Shown: in pieces, positions 1 through 14,739 of the stretch
How the letters are laid out: the number at the start of each line of letters is the position of its first letter
Numbering within the stretch: position 1 is the stretch's first letter
Source: Eledone cirrhosa
Lineage: Eukaryota
Direction of reading: 5' to 3'
DNA length: 64,000 nt
NCBI GenBank assembly: GCA_964016885.1
Contig: OZ024748.1
Location: forward strand, 58,466,001-58,530,000
The notes under the pieces: model-generated
Databases searched by the model: none
What the model was told of the DNA's origin: nothing
What the model saw: only the letters and a program-made list of their open reading frames with translations
Made by a program: the position numbers and the translations under genes

Positions 1-1460
<1,460 letters not shown>

Positions 1461-2004
1461 AGTGAGTATGTGTGTTTTTTTGGGTTTTTTTTAGGTGTGG
1501 TTTTTTTTGTTTTTCTGGTTTTTTGGTTTTTTTGGGGTTTTTTTGTTTTTTTGTGAATGTGTCTGTTGATTTGGCATATTGTTGATTAGTTTAAGAGAAG
1601 TTCGAAGATAATAGTAAGATATGCACTCAGTATTTTGAATCTGTCTGCAGAATTCCCTAGACCTTTGTCACTTAGCAGAACTTAATGACTTTAGCTTTTA
1701 AAGAATCTCCCTTTTCTTTAATTCTATCGAGCATGAATGACCCCCCACTGATTTTATAGACATCTGCTAGCTTAAGAGAAACTTATTGACAAGGAATGGT
1801 ATGCCATCCGGAACTTGTTTATAGATTTCTGTCTGCCTTTGTTACTCTAAAAACATAAATAAATATAAATTAACTATAGCTATGTAGAATTAGCCTTTAA
1901 TGAATTCCCTTCTCTATCAACCAATGACCTGCACCCATCCCACTCCCCACCCTCTCCTACCACTTGTAGAGACCTATAAATACCATATTTATTTTTTGAT
2001 ACCC

Positions 2005-2055
2005 AGATTCCTGATGATTTCTAATGAATGAAACAGTTCTAGTCCTGTAGAATCT
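2005..2055 (+). ncRNA. Type I hammerhead ribozyme at the 3' end of a PLE-type fragment (family A)
   Basis: agattc-CTGATGA-tttctaatgaat-GAAA-cag ttctagtc ctg-TA-gaatct: 6-bp stem I, stem III loop contains palindromic ctag, GUA cleavage triplet, followed by (TA)n. Confidence 0.8.
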
Positions 2056-2067
2056 CTTCTATATTAA

Positions 2068-2159
<92 letters not shown>

Positions 2160-2234
2160 GGGGTAACAGATTATTGTTATAGGTAGTCCACTTAAGTGTA
2201 GTCCAGTTATGGTACTCCGGGTAGTGGATGATAT

Positions 2235-2449
2235 CAACGCTTGGCTAATAACACCAACTACAGTATCAACTGGTCGAGTTGTCGGCCGGAAAGACCTACA
2301 GTACCGGTATGTACCACTGTAGGCTCTGTGATCTAGAATTACTATATATCCTTAGAAATGTAAAAAGGCCACTCAACAACAAGTTAGAAAGATCAATCTT
2401 CTGCAGACACAGGATCGCCCCTAAATTCACAAGATTTAAGCCTCCGTGA
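2235..2449 (+). pseudogene. Frameshifted C-terminus of a PLE GIY-YIG endonuclease
   Basis: Hand translation QRLANNTNYSINW / YSTGMYHCRLCDLELLYILRNVKRPLNNKLERSIFCRHRIAPKFTRFKPP*; same motif order (NY.I.W, CxxCxxE, LNxxxExxxxCRH) as ORF 37337-37801. Confidence 0.7.
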
Positions 2450-2696
2450 ATTGAACCGACGTAACTTAGCTTTCAACTTAGGATACCCACTATACTGCAC
2501 GAACCACCACAGAAATATAATCATTAAGTACATTCTAGCCTTCTTAGTTCTATACCACACTAATGTCTGTAAGTACCTTATCAACCCATAAATATATCTC
2601 TTCTCAGCTGCTGTCAACACATGAACCTTATTTCAAAATACTACTACAGCAGAACTTTACCCTCTTCCTGTTATAATTGTAGTCAGCATGTTTTCT

Positions 2697-2731
<35 letters not shown>

Positions 2732-2736
2732 GTGTA

Positions 2737-2767
<31 letters not shown>

Positions 2768-3225
2768 TGCCTCCTTAACCTCTGTATTAACTTGTCTATT
2801 ATATTGATACTCTGTTAATGTTGTATTATACATGTATGTTATTGATGATGAGAAAGCTAGACAACCCTTTCATCTAATATAGACCACACAAATATTACTA
2901 TCCTCACTACACTGATAAATTCTTCATCTGTCAGATAATAAATGATTCTTGCGGCCACCAGACCTACATTGTTTAAAGCCACCCGCTCATCTTTACACTG
3001 TATATAATACACCCCATGACAGCTTTTACATGTCAATTTTATACATCTGCCTCATGTCAGCTAGTTTTACACGCTAAAATCGTAGATATACTATACTTCC
3101 CACCTAGATTGATGTTGTGATTATTTCAAATAATTTATTGCTAGCATTGTTAGTATTGTTGTTATTGTTCTGATTGAATGCCATTACTACTATATATAGT
3201 AGCCATGCCTGTATATTCCTTTCAT

Positions 3226-3346
3226 TCTCACAAGCTCCGATGAATTGACTGCTTATAACTTTGTATTGGTGATCGAATAAAGTGAAAACAAGCGGGTAGC
3301 GATCTCTAGACCTACCAGTTCAGAGAAACAATTGTCAGCAATGAGA
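3226..3346 (+). ncRNA. Hammerhead-like motif with ~80-nt stem II and variant core CCGATGA
   Basis: tctca..gct-CCGATGA-[long]-GAAA-caattg-TC-agc..tgaga; palindromic stem III ACAATTGT. Confidence 0.6.
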
Positions 3347-3392
3347 TTAAAAACCTTTTTTGTATAGCAAACCGTGTGATTCTTTTTTCCTG

Positions 3393-3424
<32 letters not shown>

Positions 3425-3429
<5 letters not shown>

Positions 3430-3593
3430 AAAATGTATGACGCCGACGGCAGAGCTAAGAAATAGCCGCCGAAACGGCTTGAGCTCTACCGTCGGGGTCA
3501 TACATTTTCCTATTACCCACTCTACTTCCCCAAGTATTGAGTACTCTGGTGCGTTATGGTCCATCTGGTTCCTTACCACAACTCCTTCGTTAT
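3425..3593 (+). mobile_element. PLE terminal fragment family F with 5' fold-back
   Basis: Shared sequence gccgtcggggtcatacattttcctattacccactctact...ggtccatctggttccttaccaca; also at 10663, 18060, 28118, 49295, 56530, 59435, 63606. Confidence 0.8.
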
Positions 3594-3604
3594 ATATATA
3601 TAGA

Positions 3605-3776
3605 CAAGCTTCTACAGGACTAGAACTGTTTCATTCGTGAGAAAGCATCCTCATGATTTCTCACGAATGAAAGTTCTAGTGCTGTAGAAGCGTTTCTATA
3701 TTAAAACAGTTATACTCTGCTATGTATTGAGTACCTTACTTACTGTGGTTAACCCCAATTCAAACCGGAATAGCTT
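3605..3776 (+). mobile_element. PLE terminal fragment family A with fold-back and degenerate HHR
   Basis: Inverted arms cttctacaggactagaac...gttctagtgctgtagaag; homologous to 2005-2070 and to 11730-11860 (minus). Confidence 0.7.
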
Positions 3777-3902
3777 ATATATATATATATGGAAAAGAAT
3801 GAAACGAAATTTCATTTCTCATACATACTTTCATATATGTATAACCAAAATATATATAACCAAAATTAAATTAAGGATGTCATGTCTGAGAAACATGTGC
3901 CA

Positions 3903-3986
<84 letters not shown>

Positions 3987-6639
3987 TGTATACACACATA
4001 GTAGAGAGTCTGAGCTCGCCGGTTGAACTCTTGCCGTATCGGAAGCAATCATATACTTCAATGAAAAAAGAAGGTTGGTTTCTAATATATTCATTTAATG
4101 TTTCATAAATACACAACACCTATTTAAATGCGTGGTTTCCCTCAGCAGATCAAGATGCAAGACTATCGGTGACATCATTAGTTCTAATGAACATAAATGA
4201 TTTCAAAGATTTAGTTCAGCAACCCCTATTGGTTTAACGGCAATATATATATATATATATATATTCACTTTCATATTGTGTTGTTCATGTTCTCTAATAC
4301 TTAGATATTATTATTGATAACACCTTCTTATACATTCCTGTTTTGTATTATTTTTTATTTATATTTCGTTAATATTCGTGCTTTCTTGATCACCATTGTG
4401 TAAGTATCCGATGTCTTTATTTGTTATCTTTGTAATGTTTTAATACTTTTATATTGGTTACTTGTATTTTAGTATCCTAGTCTAAATCTCCGGTGATTTA
4501 TTTCATTTAATGTTGTTCGTCGCTTTATGAATGTATCTTTTTGATATAACAATCTAGTTAGTTGGAGACGAAGGTTATGTCGACATAGTCGTACGAAATT
4601 ATTGTATTTTCATTTGTAGATTTATTTGTGAACTATTTGTAGGTAGGTAGAGAGATAAACAAATAAGTAAATAGATAGATACATACATAGATTGATAGGT
4701 AGATAGATAGACAAAAACAGACAATGAGTACGAGACGACCCCTCTATTGCTTTAAGAGTTTGGTCGTATTTTTCGGGTCAAGTTACACTATACATATACA
4801 AAAGAAACTTATTACTCTCGTGTTTTTTTTTATTTTATGTATTATCCGTTACATTTTAGACATGGGTTTTAGTACTATCTATTAGTGAGATTGACATTAT
4901 TAAGTACCAGTAATACTGGTTAATTGCTGGCCTTGTGCCAAAAGTAGAAATTTACGTCCGATACGGGTATATTCTTTCGAGAAATGCCATACATGCGGTG
5001 AAACGTTGGATAAAAGGCTTTGTTATTCGTTCCGACTCTCCGCTCCCTGAGTTCAAATCCCGCCGAGGTAAACTTTGCCTTTCATTCTTTCGAATTCAAT
5101 AAAAAGTACCAGTCCAGTACTGGGTCGATCCTTCCTCAATAACTCTTTCTCATTTTCCTCTCTCTCACTCTCTGCTTTGCTCAGGCCTGAAGAGGGTTGG
5201 GCTTCGCCAAGCTTAAAAATGCCCAAGAATCGCTGTTTATATCAATACGGTGCCTCTACCTCTCTATCAGGAGTTACGAGACCATACATACATACATTAA
5301 CATATACTGAAGCATTACGGTTTTATGTGGATTTTATGTAATCATCAAATGTAAGGAACGGAATTAGCTATTTGTTCATAAGAACCAGGCTCTAATAGTT
5401 TATAATAGATTAATAATAGCAGATGTTGATCAATATATTTCACGTGTATTACTGAAATGGTTTTATGCTTCAAAGTTTCTGTTTGTTAATTTGATTCGTC
5501 GTTTTTATTGAATATCTTTTACGGAACAATGAAACCGCCTTCTTGCGTGTTAAACGTCTTCCTTTTTTCCGTCTACTTAAAAATCCGACTACATATTTAA
5601 TGATCCGACTACTTAAAAATCATCGGCGTTCAGTGTCGCTAAGTACCCCACGAGGATTTATAGTTTTAAACGGTAACAGGTTGTATTAACTTTTCACACG
5701 TCATTAATATTCTGTGTGGCTAATGTCTTCTTCTTCTTTTTCTTTTTCTCTTTCTTCTTCTTTCTATTTTTTTTTTTTTTTTTCCTTTTTCTTTTATCCT
5801 CTTTTTCGTTTTCTTATTTCTCCTCTTCTTTTTCATATTTTTCTTATTATTAATAAAATGATAACCGGTATTGTTGTTTTTTCTATCTACTATTTTCCCT
5901 TCTCTCTATATAAATTCAATTCTCTTCTGTAATGTTTCTTTCGTCCATTTAGTATCCCCAAAGTCTTTGGGCATTGTGGCCAAGAGCGAAGATTATTATT
6001 ATTATTATTGTTTGATTATTCTCTTCTCGCTCATATTAATAATATGTTTCAGCAGATTGTTGTTAATTTCTACTACATCAGCAGGTGCACTTCCGTATTT
6101 CAGATACATGTAAACTTGTGTCTTCTAATACAACTTAGAATTGTATTTTTATCACTACATTGTTGTGGTATTTGGACTCGTATATTTTGATATTAGTTTC
6201 ATGTTACTGGCTGTTAGCTAGAATAACTTTGCGCTCTGATTGTTTGTGTTTTGTGTGTGAACTCTGTTATGTCTTTGATATTAACGAGTTGCAGCTGTGT
6301 TTATTTTGTACTTTGTGAGCTCTTCCCGTCACAATTTCACAAATTCTGTAAGAAGTTGTGGTTATTCTGGTACATTATTATACAGGGATCATATTTGGTG
6401 GGATATTCATTTATATTTTTACTGGTTTCAGACATTAGATTGCAATAAAGCAGGGGCGCCGCGTTGATTTAGTCGATAATATTGTACCAACTAGGTATTT
6501 TCTTGAAATTCCGTATATATTTCATCGATTACTTATTTTATGATTAACGAATTTGTGGTACATACACATAAAAAACATAGACAGAGCTAGATATGCACAC
6601 ACACACACATACATACAAACACACATACACACACACGCA

Positions 6640-6739
<100 letters not shown>

Positions 6740-6949
6740 TGTGTAAATCCTTGATACCGTTAAATATATTCTAAAAAAGGAAAAGAATGACTTCACTGAT
6801 AGTTCTAAAAATTTAATTTTATAATATTATAATTTTACAGTTTGCTTTTGTTGATCTCCACCACCGAAGTTTATAGAGATCGTACTAGATCTACAAAACC
6901 AAATTACAAAGTTATAATATGATGAAATTAAATTAAATTGTTTAGAACT

Positions 6950-7210
6950 ACCGGTGAAGTAATAACAGAACAAACTCACTGTTTGGTTGGTTTTCGCTTC
7001 TGTATCTTTTATATCTCCACAGTTAATTCAGTCGGTCCTCAATGTTTACCATTGTTTACCAAAGGTCAAAAATATAGATATAATATAGATATAAACACAT
7101 ATAGTCTAACAAAGTTCTTTCGTTGCACATATGCAACATCATCAGTGGTACTATTATCTTCCTCCTGTTGTATTGTATGTCTACGCCATTTTTATTTTGT
7201 CTTTTTATTT
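6950..7210 (-). mobile_element. PLE terminal fragment family E with HHR (7107-7150)
   Basis: Minus strand tacca-CTGATGA-tgttgcatatgtgcaac-GAAA-gaac-TT-tgtta; homologous to the elements at 14165 and 31158. Confidence 0.7.
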
Positions 7211-7659
7211 ATTCATATATATATATATATATATATAACGGTGTGTTTATGAAAACTTTCGCAGGCCTTTCGTTATGAATTGTTAGCGTTGTGATCATAT
7301 ATATATGAGGTTATAGGTAAAGACTCATGCTGTATATGCAAAGCAACAGGGCTAAACAGAACCCCTTGTCATTGCAGACATAATAAAAACAGAGATCATT
7401 CAGCCAAACAACGCCGTAGACCCGTCAAATGCCACAGATGCGCACTACGACACCATCAAAAATGTAGTGTCCTATCCTATCTCATTCACTATTATATCTA
7501 AATGAATTGCATTGATCTCCTGCATACATTTAACAACTCCAATATATCTCTGCATTTAGGATTTCACAAAAATAAACCAGAAACCTTTTCAATAAATGTT
7601 ATTATTATTATTATTTTATGCGCTGAACGCGTCGGATTATTAGTATTAATGGAAATTCT

Positions 7660-8010
7660 GAGAACATTCTTTACGGCATAGAGTTAGGCTCTTTACTTCT
7701 GATTTCAAATCCCACCGAGTTTAGCTTTGCTTTTCAACTATACGTGGTCGAAAAAATAAAGTAACGGACTGGGGTCGATGTAATAGAATTTCCACCTCCC
7801 CTCAAATTGTTGGCCTTGTGCCTAAATCAGTGGATTGGCAGTATCAGTAGAGGGTCGGACGCCATGCTTTGCAGCAGAGAGTTACGGCCCTTTATTATCT
7901 GAGTTCAAATCCCGCTGAGATTAACTTTGCCTTTCATGCTTACGGGATCGATGAAATAAAGTACCAGTAATAGACTGGGGTAATTGCTGGCCTTGTGCCA
8001 AAAGTAGAAA
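7660..8010 (+). mobile_element. Two tandem copies of an octopod-type tRNA-derived SINE
   Basis: A-box-like tggcagtatcagtag, B-box-like gagttcaaatccc, core actttgcctttcatcc..ggggtcgataaaataaagtaccag, tail ggccttgtgccaaaagtagaaa. Confidence 0.85.
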
Positions 8011-8587
8011 TAATTATTTTGAGTGTGTGTGTATGTGACATCTTTCTGACCAGCATCCTATGATTTTTCTTTATCTACAGATTTCACAATTGAATAATAG
8101 AATATCTAGATGGATAGTCCTGCTGGTATACCCGTGATCAGATCTCACAGTTTTCCTATCCTATAGTTTCCACTATCTTAAATCAATGCAAGTCAGATTA
8201 GTTAATGCTTTCGTAGATAGACTTCAAAAAGGGATAAGAATTTATCCTCAGAAAATATTAATCTAATGCTAAAACAATAAATATATATATGTAACTCGTT
8301 TGTTCTTCCCTTTGGTCCATCCTACAATACGTCTGATTTTCTCTATATCTCACATATAATGGTTATTCTTTCATAATTTAACCTTTTCTCGCATTACATG
8401 CAACAATAATATGACAGTATAAAACTAGGTTTCTAATCTTCTGCGCAAACTTTTAAGATATTCTGCTGAAGAATCAAAATATCTCGTAATATTTGGATAA
8501 ATATTGAGAACAATGGAAAATAACATCTGGTCGATAAACAAATACATTTTACTATCTAGCTAGAGGTGTTCCAGTGTTGTTCTTTAA

Positions 8588-8607
8588 ATTATTATTATTG
8601 TTATTAT

Positions 8608-8652
<45 letters not shown>

Positions 8653-8790
8653 CATCACCATCGGCGACAATATTATGTTTACTACTACTACTACTGTTCC
8701 TACCACCACCACTACTATTACTACTACTAACCCCCAAAACTACTACTACCACTATTACTACTACTGTTATTACTATTATTAGTATTATGA
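8588..8790. repeat. (TAT)/(CTA)n trinucleotide tract
   Basis: Direct inspection; poly-L and poly-S ORFs are artefacts. Confidence 0.95.
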
Positions 8791-9079
8791 GATAAATACA
8801 TGTTTCCTTTGTATCGGCACCGGTTAGACATGTTATATGCTAATATTTTTTTTTTACTTTAGGAGAAACCTATTCATCTTTCATTTATTAACATAGCTAA
8901 CAGAGTGTTACCTGTATCAGTAGAAATACATACATGCCCACGAACCCAGGGGCACACACTCGTGTATGTGTAGGTAGATATATATATATGTGAATATACA
9001 TATAATAATGTATTTCTATATAAACGCACACATACACACATTTGTGTGTGTGTGTGTGTGTGTATGCATGTGGGTGTAT

Positions 9080-9165
9080 GTATATATATATATATATATA
9101 ATTATAGTATATATATATATATATAATTATAGTATATATATATATATATATATATATAAGTAGAG

Positions 9166-9198
<33 letters not shown>

Positions 9199-9226
9199 AT
9201 TATTTACACATAGGGATACATACTTG

Positions 9227-9283
<57 letters not shown>

Positions 9284-9307
9284 TATGTATCCCTATGTGT
9301 AAATAAT

Positions 9308-9340
<33 letters not shown>

Positions 9341-9487
9341 CTATAATTATATATATATACTATAATTATATATATACTATAATTATATATATATATATAT
9401 ATACTATAATTATATATATATATATATATATATACAATAATTATATATATATATATATACTATAATTATATATATATATATATACTA

Positions 9488-9519
<32 letters not shown>

Positions 9520-9522
9520 CTA

Positions 9523-9554
<32 letters not shown>

Positions 9555-9557
9555 CTA

Positions 9558-9606
<49 letters not shown>

Positions 9607-9633
9607 TATAATTATATATATATATATATACTA

Positions 9634-9668
<35 letters not shown>

Positions 9669-9670
9669 TA

Positions 9671-9715
<45 letters not shown>

Positions 9716-9717
9716 TA

Positions 9718-9775
<58 letters not shown>

Positions 9776-9810
9776 TATGTATCCCTATGTGTAAATAATA
9801 CACACAGGGA
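9080..9810. repeat. (TA)n-CTATAAT minisatellite within a palindrome centred on a TA tract
   Basis: tattatttacacatagggatacatactt (~9198) is inverted at ~9279 and repeated at ~9771; attatagt units left of centre, actataat units right of centre. Confidence 0.8.
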
Positions 9811-9931
9811 TACTATGGATTATCTGTTTATTTTGGCATCAGAAACCGCGGTAAAGACATACAGTAAGTACAGTAAAACTTTTGGGAAATTTATTTTAAA
9901 ACATTTTCTCTATTTGCTCGAACTTGATTTT

Positions 9932-9985
<54 letters not shown>

Positions 9986-10332
9986 TTTATATAATGGCTG
10001 CAGCTCGATTTCCTGTAATGCCATCGCTTGATACTTAAGCTTAATCATAACAGACGTGAAATGTTTAGCCCTTCTGGGACTTGCCTATGGACAGCAATAC
10101 CTCTCATCGCAAAAAGGTTTCACATATCCAGTGATGCCAGTACTTGAAGCATTCTTTTAATGTGCATATTTATGGTGTTCTAGTGATGCTAATGTAGTTA
10201 ATGTATATTATCTTAAACTGGTCAACATGTAAATTTGAAATATATCGAGCTGTAGATTTATGTAATCGTAGATATAGGTGACAGCGTTGGTAGCGATGGT
10301 GCTTCTATATATATATATATATATATATAGTA

Positions 10333-10485
10333 ATAATCGTTTCTACTTTTTGCACAAGGGCAGCAAATACCCAGTGTATTACTGGTACTTTATTTTATCG
10401 ACCCCGTAAGGATGAAAGGCAAAGTTAACCTCGGCGGGATTTCAACTCAGAATGGCAAGGGCCGTAACTCTATGTGCCAAAGCAT
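10333..10485 (-). mobile_element. tRNA-derived SINE, 5'-truncated
   Basis: Reverse complement of the SINE consensus. Confidence 0.85.
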
Positions 10486-10662
10486 GGAGAGAGAGAGTAT
10501 TTGTTAGAGATAAACATATATATATATTTGTTATATATGTATATATATATCCAAAGTCTGTTGTTACCCTTGAAATATATATAATAAACTATATATGGTT
10601 TTATAAATATAGTTTCCATTCATTTATATCATCGAATTGTATATATATATATATATATATAT

Positions 10663-10824
10663 AGATAGGAAATGGTATGACACCGACGGCAGTCAAACCT
10701 TTTCCTATTAGCCACTCTACTACCCTAAGTATTGAGTTGTGTTGTGCGTTATGGTCCATCTGGTTCCTTACCACAATTCCTTCGTTATTTAGCCCCTATC
10801 TCCGTAGTAGAGCACAATTCCTTC

Positions 10825-10830
<6 letters not shown>
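10663..10830 (+). mobile_element. PLE terminal fragment family F
   Basis: Homology to 3425-3593; short fold-back; TA-flanked. Confidence 0.75.
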
Positions 10831-10873
<43 letters not shown>

Positions 10874-11428
10874 CTCACACTAGTTTATCAATGCAGGTGC
10901 TGGTCGTTCTGTGTGTTTCTCACAGAAACAGTATTATTCATTATTGAATAATATATGCTACAACCACGTTGGTTCTTCTGGAAATATAATTTTATTTATA
11001 GCTCATATATTCTGAACATTCTGATAGCTATAATAAATGCCATGTTATACCTCCAGTGAATCGACTTGCAGGCTAATTCATACACATCCGTACAAAATGT
11101 GTTTCTATGAATCACACTTAATGCCAGACATTTTGACACTAACTTAATAGAATATCCAGAATTAAATTAACATTTGAATCTAGGATAATTTTAGAGGTTT
11201 ACATATCTTGAAGATTTAGCAGTGATATAGGGCAGGTGCTAAATACATACACTGTGAATGTTCATATATTGGAGAACTTCTAAACTTTTTTGAGAACAAC
11301 TGAACTCTATTTTTAAATGAACAATCCCCACCGACTGACTGTCCAACTACCTCCATATTTATATTCTCTCTCTCTCACTCGCCCTCTTTCTCACTCACTC
11401 ACTCTCTTTCTCACTCACTCTTTCTCGC

Positions 11429-11521
<93 letters not shown>

Positions 11522-11695
11522 GTGCATGCCTTAGTAGTGATGGTGTTTACCTTCGAACGATAAGATCGTGAGTTTGATTCCTTGTAACAGGCGCATTGTA
11601 GTAATGATCGTGGCGCTTCTTTTCACGTTGCTTCACACGTTTAATCTCCGAGTTCTCTCTCTCTCTGTGCCTCTCTCTCTCCCTTTACTCTCTCC

Positions 11696-11729
<34 letters not shown>

Positions 11730-11860
11730 AGTTTATCCCGGGTTCAATCGGGGATAACCACAATAAGTAAGGTACGCAATACAAAGCAGAGTATGAATAT
11801 TTAATGTAGAAAGGCATCTACAGAACTAGAACTATTTAATTCCGGAGAAATCATCAGGAA
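11730..11860 (-). mobile_element. PLE terminal fragment family A with degenerate HHR
   Basis: Minus strand ttcCTGATGAtttctccggaatTAAAtagttctagttctgta; homologous to 3650-3776. Confidence 0.7.
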
Positions 11861-12249
11861 TATATATATATATCTTGTCATTACTACAACACAGGTCTGA
11901 CAAGCTTTTGATTCTAGAGTTGGGCCAGACCGATACAGATCGAACCTTGAGCTGATCAATAGCGAAAGGCACATCACCAATCAATAAATGTAATGAAGAC
12001 TTAACCAATCGTCCTTCTATTATTATATTTTACTTGGTCTATCTCTACACCTCGCTACTGACGTGAACCTAAATATCGAGTGCTCACCTGGGTGAACCTA
12101 CTTTAACGTCACATTACACTCTCTGGATATATATATATCAGCTTGACCGACCAGCCTGACGGGTGGCAATCGGCACCGCTGGTCACGGCACGTGCTGTTT
12201 TAGCCATACGATGACGCTATCCTATTAGCTGGGCGGGCAGGCCGTAAGT

Positions 12250-12470
12250 CTAAAGTCTGTCTTAAGCCAGAAGGCTCATTTGGCTGGTGCTTATCCCGAT
12301 TTCATGGCGTGAAGCGACTAAGAGTACAAGACTCCACCATGGACAGGACCCCAGTCCATCGCAGGGTTAAACGTCCAGCTATTGCTGGTACTCATTTTCA
12401 GCTGAGTAAACTGGAGCAACGTGAAATAAAGTGTCTTGCTCAAGGAAACAACACACCACCCGGTCCGGGA
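12250..12470 (-). mobile_element. Second SINE family (tccttgagcaagacactttatttcacgttgctccag type)
   Basis: Motif typical of the post-tRNA region of invertebrate SINEs; degenerate relatives near 11520-11640 and 56850-57000. Confidence 0.65.
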
Positions 12471-12669
12471 TATATATATATGAGATACAACATAAGTAGA
12501 TATTTGAATAGTGTGCATGACTTATATTCTGATGTTAACTGTCTAGATGACAGAAGAATAATAGGATACATATATGTATATATATAACGATGGAATATAT
12601 ATATAAATATATATATATATATAGTTATATATATATATATATAGTTATATATATATATATATATATAGT

Positions 12670-12755
<86 letters not shown>

Positions 12756-12825
12756 TATATATATATATATATAGTTATATATATATATATATATAGTTAT
12801 ATATATATATATATATATATATAGT

Positions 12826-12857
<32 letters not shown>

Positions 12858-12874
12858 TATATATATATATATAT

Positions 12875-13305
12875 ATTTCGTTTCTGAATTTGTTTAGCAA
12901 GATTCTTTATCTGAAATCGTGTGTTGAAACCGATATTGTTATACTTTGGGAGGGTCATGTTGCCAATAAGAAACACACGCACCAGTTGCTTTCACTTCAA
13001 TTTATTATATATTTATAAATTTATAAATTTACAAATCTACAAACTTATAAATTTCTGGTTGGTTGGTTCCACAACCAGATAGTTGTTTATATATAGTCAT
13101 AGTCCTTTCGTCACACACTCTGTGACCTCTTCAGTGACTATATATAAACAACTATCTGGTTGTGGAACCAACCAACCAACCAGAAATTTATAAGTTTGTA
13201 GATTTGTAAATTTATAAATTTATAAATATATAATAAATTGAAGTGAAAGCAACTGGTGCGTGTGTTTCTTATTGGCAACATGACCCTCCCAAAGTATAAC
13301 AATAT
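12875..13305 (-). mobile_element. PLE terminal fragment family D forming a ~170-bp-arm inverted repeat
   Basis: Arms 12933-13099 and 13135-13305; other copies at 36811-36885 and 49445-49640. Confidence 0.85.
13093..13141 (-). ncRNA. Type I hammerhead ribozyme at the hairpin apex
   Basis: atagtca-CTGAAGA-ggtcacagagtgtgtgac-GAAA-ggac-TA-tgactat. Confidence 0.8.
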
Positions 13306-13355
13306 ATATATATATATAGTTATATATATATATATATAGTTATATATATATATAG

Positions 13356-13390
<35 letters not shown>

Positions 13391-13402
13391 TATATATATA
13401 GT

Positions 13403-13436
<34 letters not shown>

Positions 13437-13449
13437 TATATGGTTATAT

Positions 13450-13632
13450 GGCGGTGGATTGGCAGTATCGGTAAAGGGTCGGACGCCATGCTTTCCAGCA
13501 TAGTTACGTCCCTTTACGATCTGAGTTCAAATCCCGCCGAGGTCAACTTTGCCTTTCATCGTTACGGGGTCGATAAAATAAAGTACCAATAATGCACTGG
13601 GTAATTGCTGGCCTTGTTCCTAAAGTAGAAAC
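13450..13632 (+). mobile_element. Full-length tRNA-derived SINE
   Basis: ggcggtggattggcagtatcgg...gagttcaaatcccgcc...aaagtagaaac. Confidence 0.9.
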
Positions 13633-13652
13633 AGTTATATATAGTTATATAT

Positions 13653-13933
13653 AGTAAATACACAATATATTAATAAATGGAAACTATATTTATAAAACCA
13701 TATTTATTTTATTATATATATTTCAAGGGCAACCAAGACAAAGTATGGTGCGCTTACACCAGATAAAATACAGATTTGTTATAAAACAAATCTGTATAAA
13801 ACAAATGTGTATATATATAGTTTCCATTTATTAATATATTGTGTATTTACTCCACTAACCTCTTGAGGGCTTTATATCAGTTATAAAAATGTTTAAGCTT
13901 GTTGAATCCCAACAAATTAAATATAACCTCTGC
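13653..13933. mobile_element. PLE terminal fragment family B with fold-back; HHR core mutated (CTGGTGT, minus strand)
   Basis: Homologous to 41082-41280 and 28710-29150; partial copies at ~10550 and ~30415. Confidence 0.75.
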
Positions 13934-14164
13934 ATATATATATACATATATATAACAACTAGAAATTGATTAACATATAAATAAACAGGGGATAATTTGT
14001 ACAAGTGTGTAAGCACACATAGCTAGGTAGGTAACTAAATAAAGTTAACTAGAACTTCAAAACTAGATACCTGATGAGATGATTAATCTTCCTTGTATAT
14101 ATTCTATTAAAGAAATATATTTCACCAATTTTGATTTATCTTAATTTTGTAATATATATATATA

Positions 14165-14666
14165 CGGCGATGAATTAGTTTTGCGAGGTTTTTTTATATC
14201 AAATCGTGTGTCGAAACAAATATTGTTATACTTGGGGAGGGTCATATTTGTGTAAAATTGCCAGAATTAATAACACAACACACTCACTGTTTGGTTGGTT
14301 TTCGCTTTTTGCTTCTGTCTTTTATATCGGTTAATTTAATTTATTCGGTCCTGAATGTTGCCATTGACTGACCAACGGTCAAATATACAGATACAATATA
14401 GACACAAACACATATATATAGGTTATCAAAGTTCTTTCGTTGCACATCTGCAACATCGCCAGTGGTGCTATTGTTTCCTCCCGTTGCATTGTATTTTCTA
14501 CGCCATCTTTTCATGTTGGTCAGTCAATGGCAACATTGAGGACCGAATAAATTAGATTACCGACATAAAAGACACAGAAGCGAAAAGCGAAAACCAACCA
14601 AACAGTGAGTGTGTTCTGTTATTAATTCTGGCAATATTACACAAATATGACCCTCCGCAAGTATAG

Positions 14667-14670
<4 letters not shown>
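14165..14670 (-). mobile_element. PLE terminal fragment family E, inverted-repeat structure, degenerate HHR at 14424-14467
   Basis: Arms ~14221-14376 and ~14515-14670; TA-flanked. Confidence 0.8.

Positions 14671-14739
<69 letters not shown>

Larger units (their letters stand above)
2160..3395 (+). mobile_element. 5'-truncated Penelope-like element (Naiad-like) between (TA)n tracts
   Basis: Endonuclease C-terminal remnant at 2235-2449, long 3' region, terminal HHR at 3226-3346. Confidence 0.7.

Noticed and set aside
9330-9730. Regularly spaced repeats suggestive of a CRISPR array
   Set aside because: Spacers are only (TA)n, there are no cas genes, and the context is eukaryotic
13450-13530. 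tRNA gene
   Set aside because: A- and B-box-like motifs belong to a multi-copy SINE head; no complete cloverleaf
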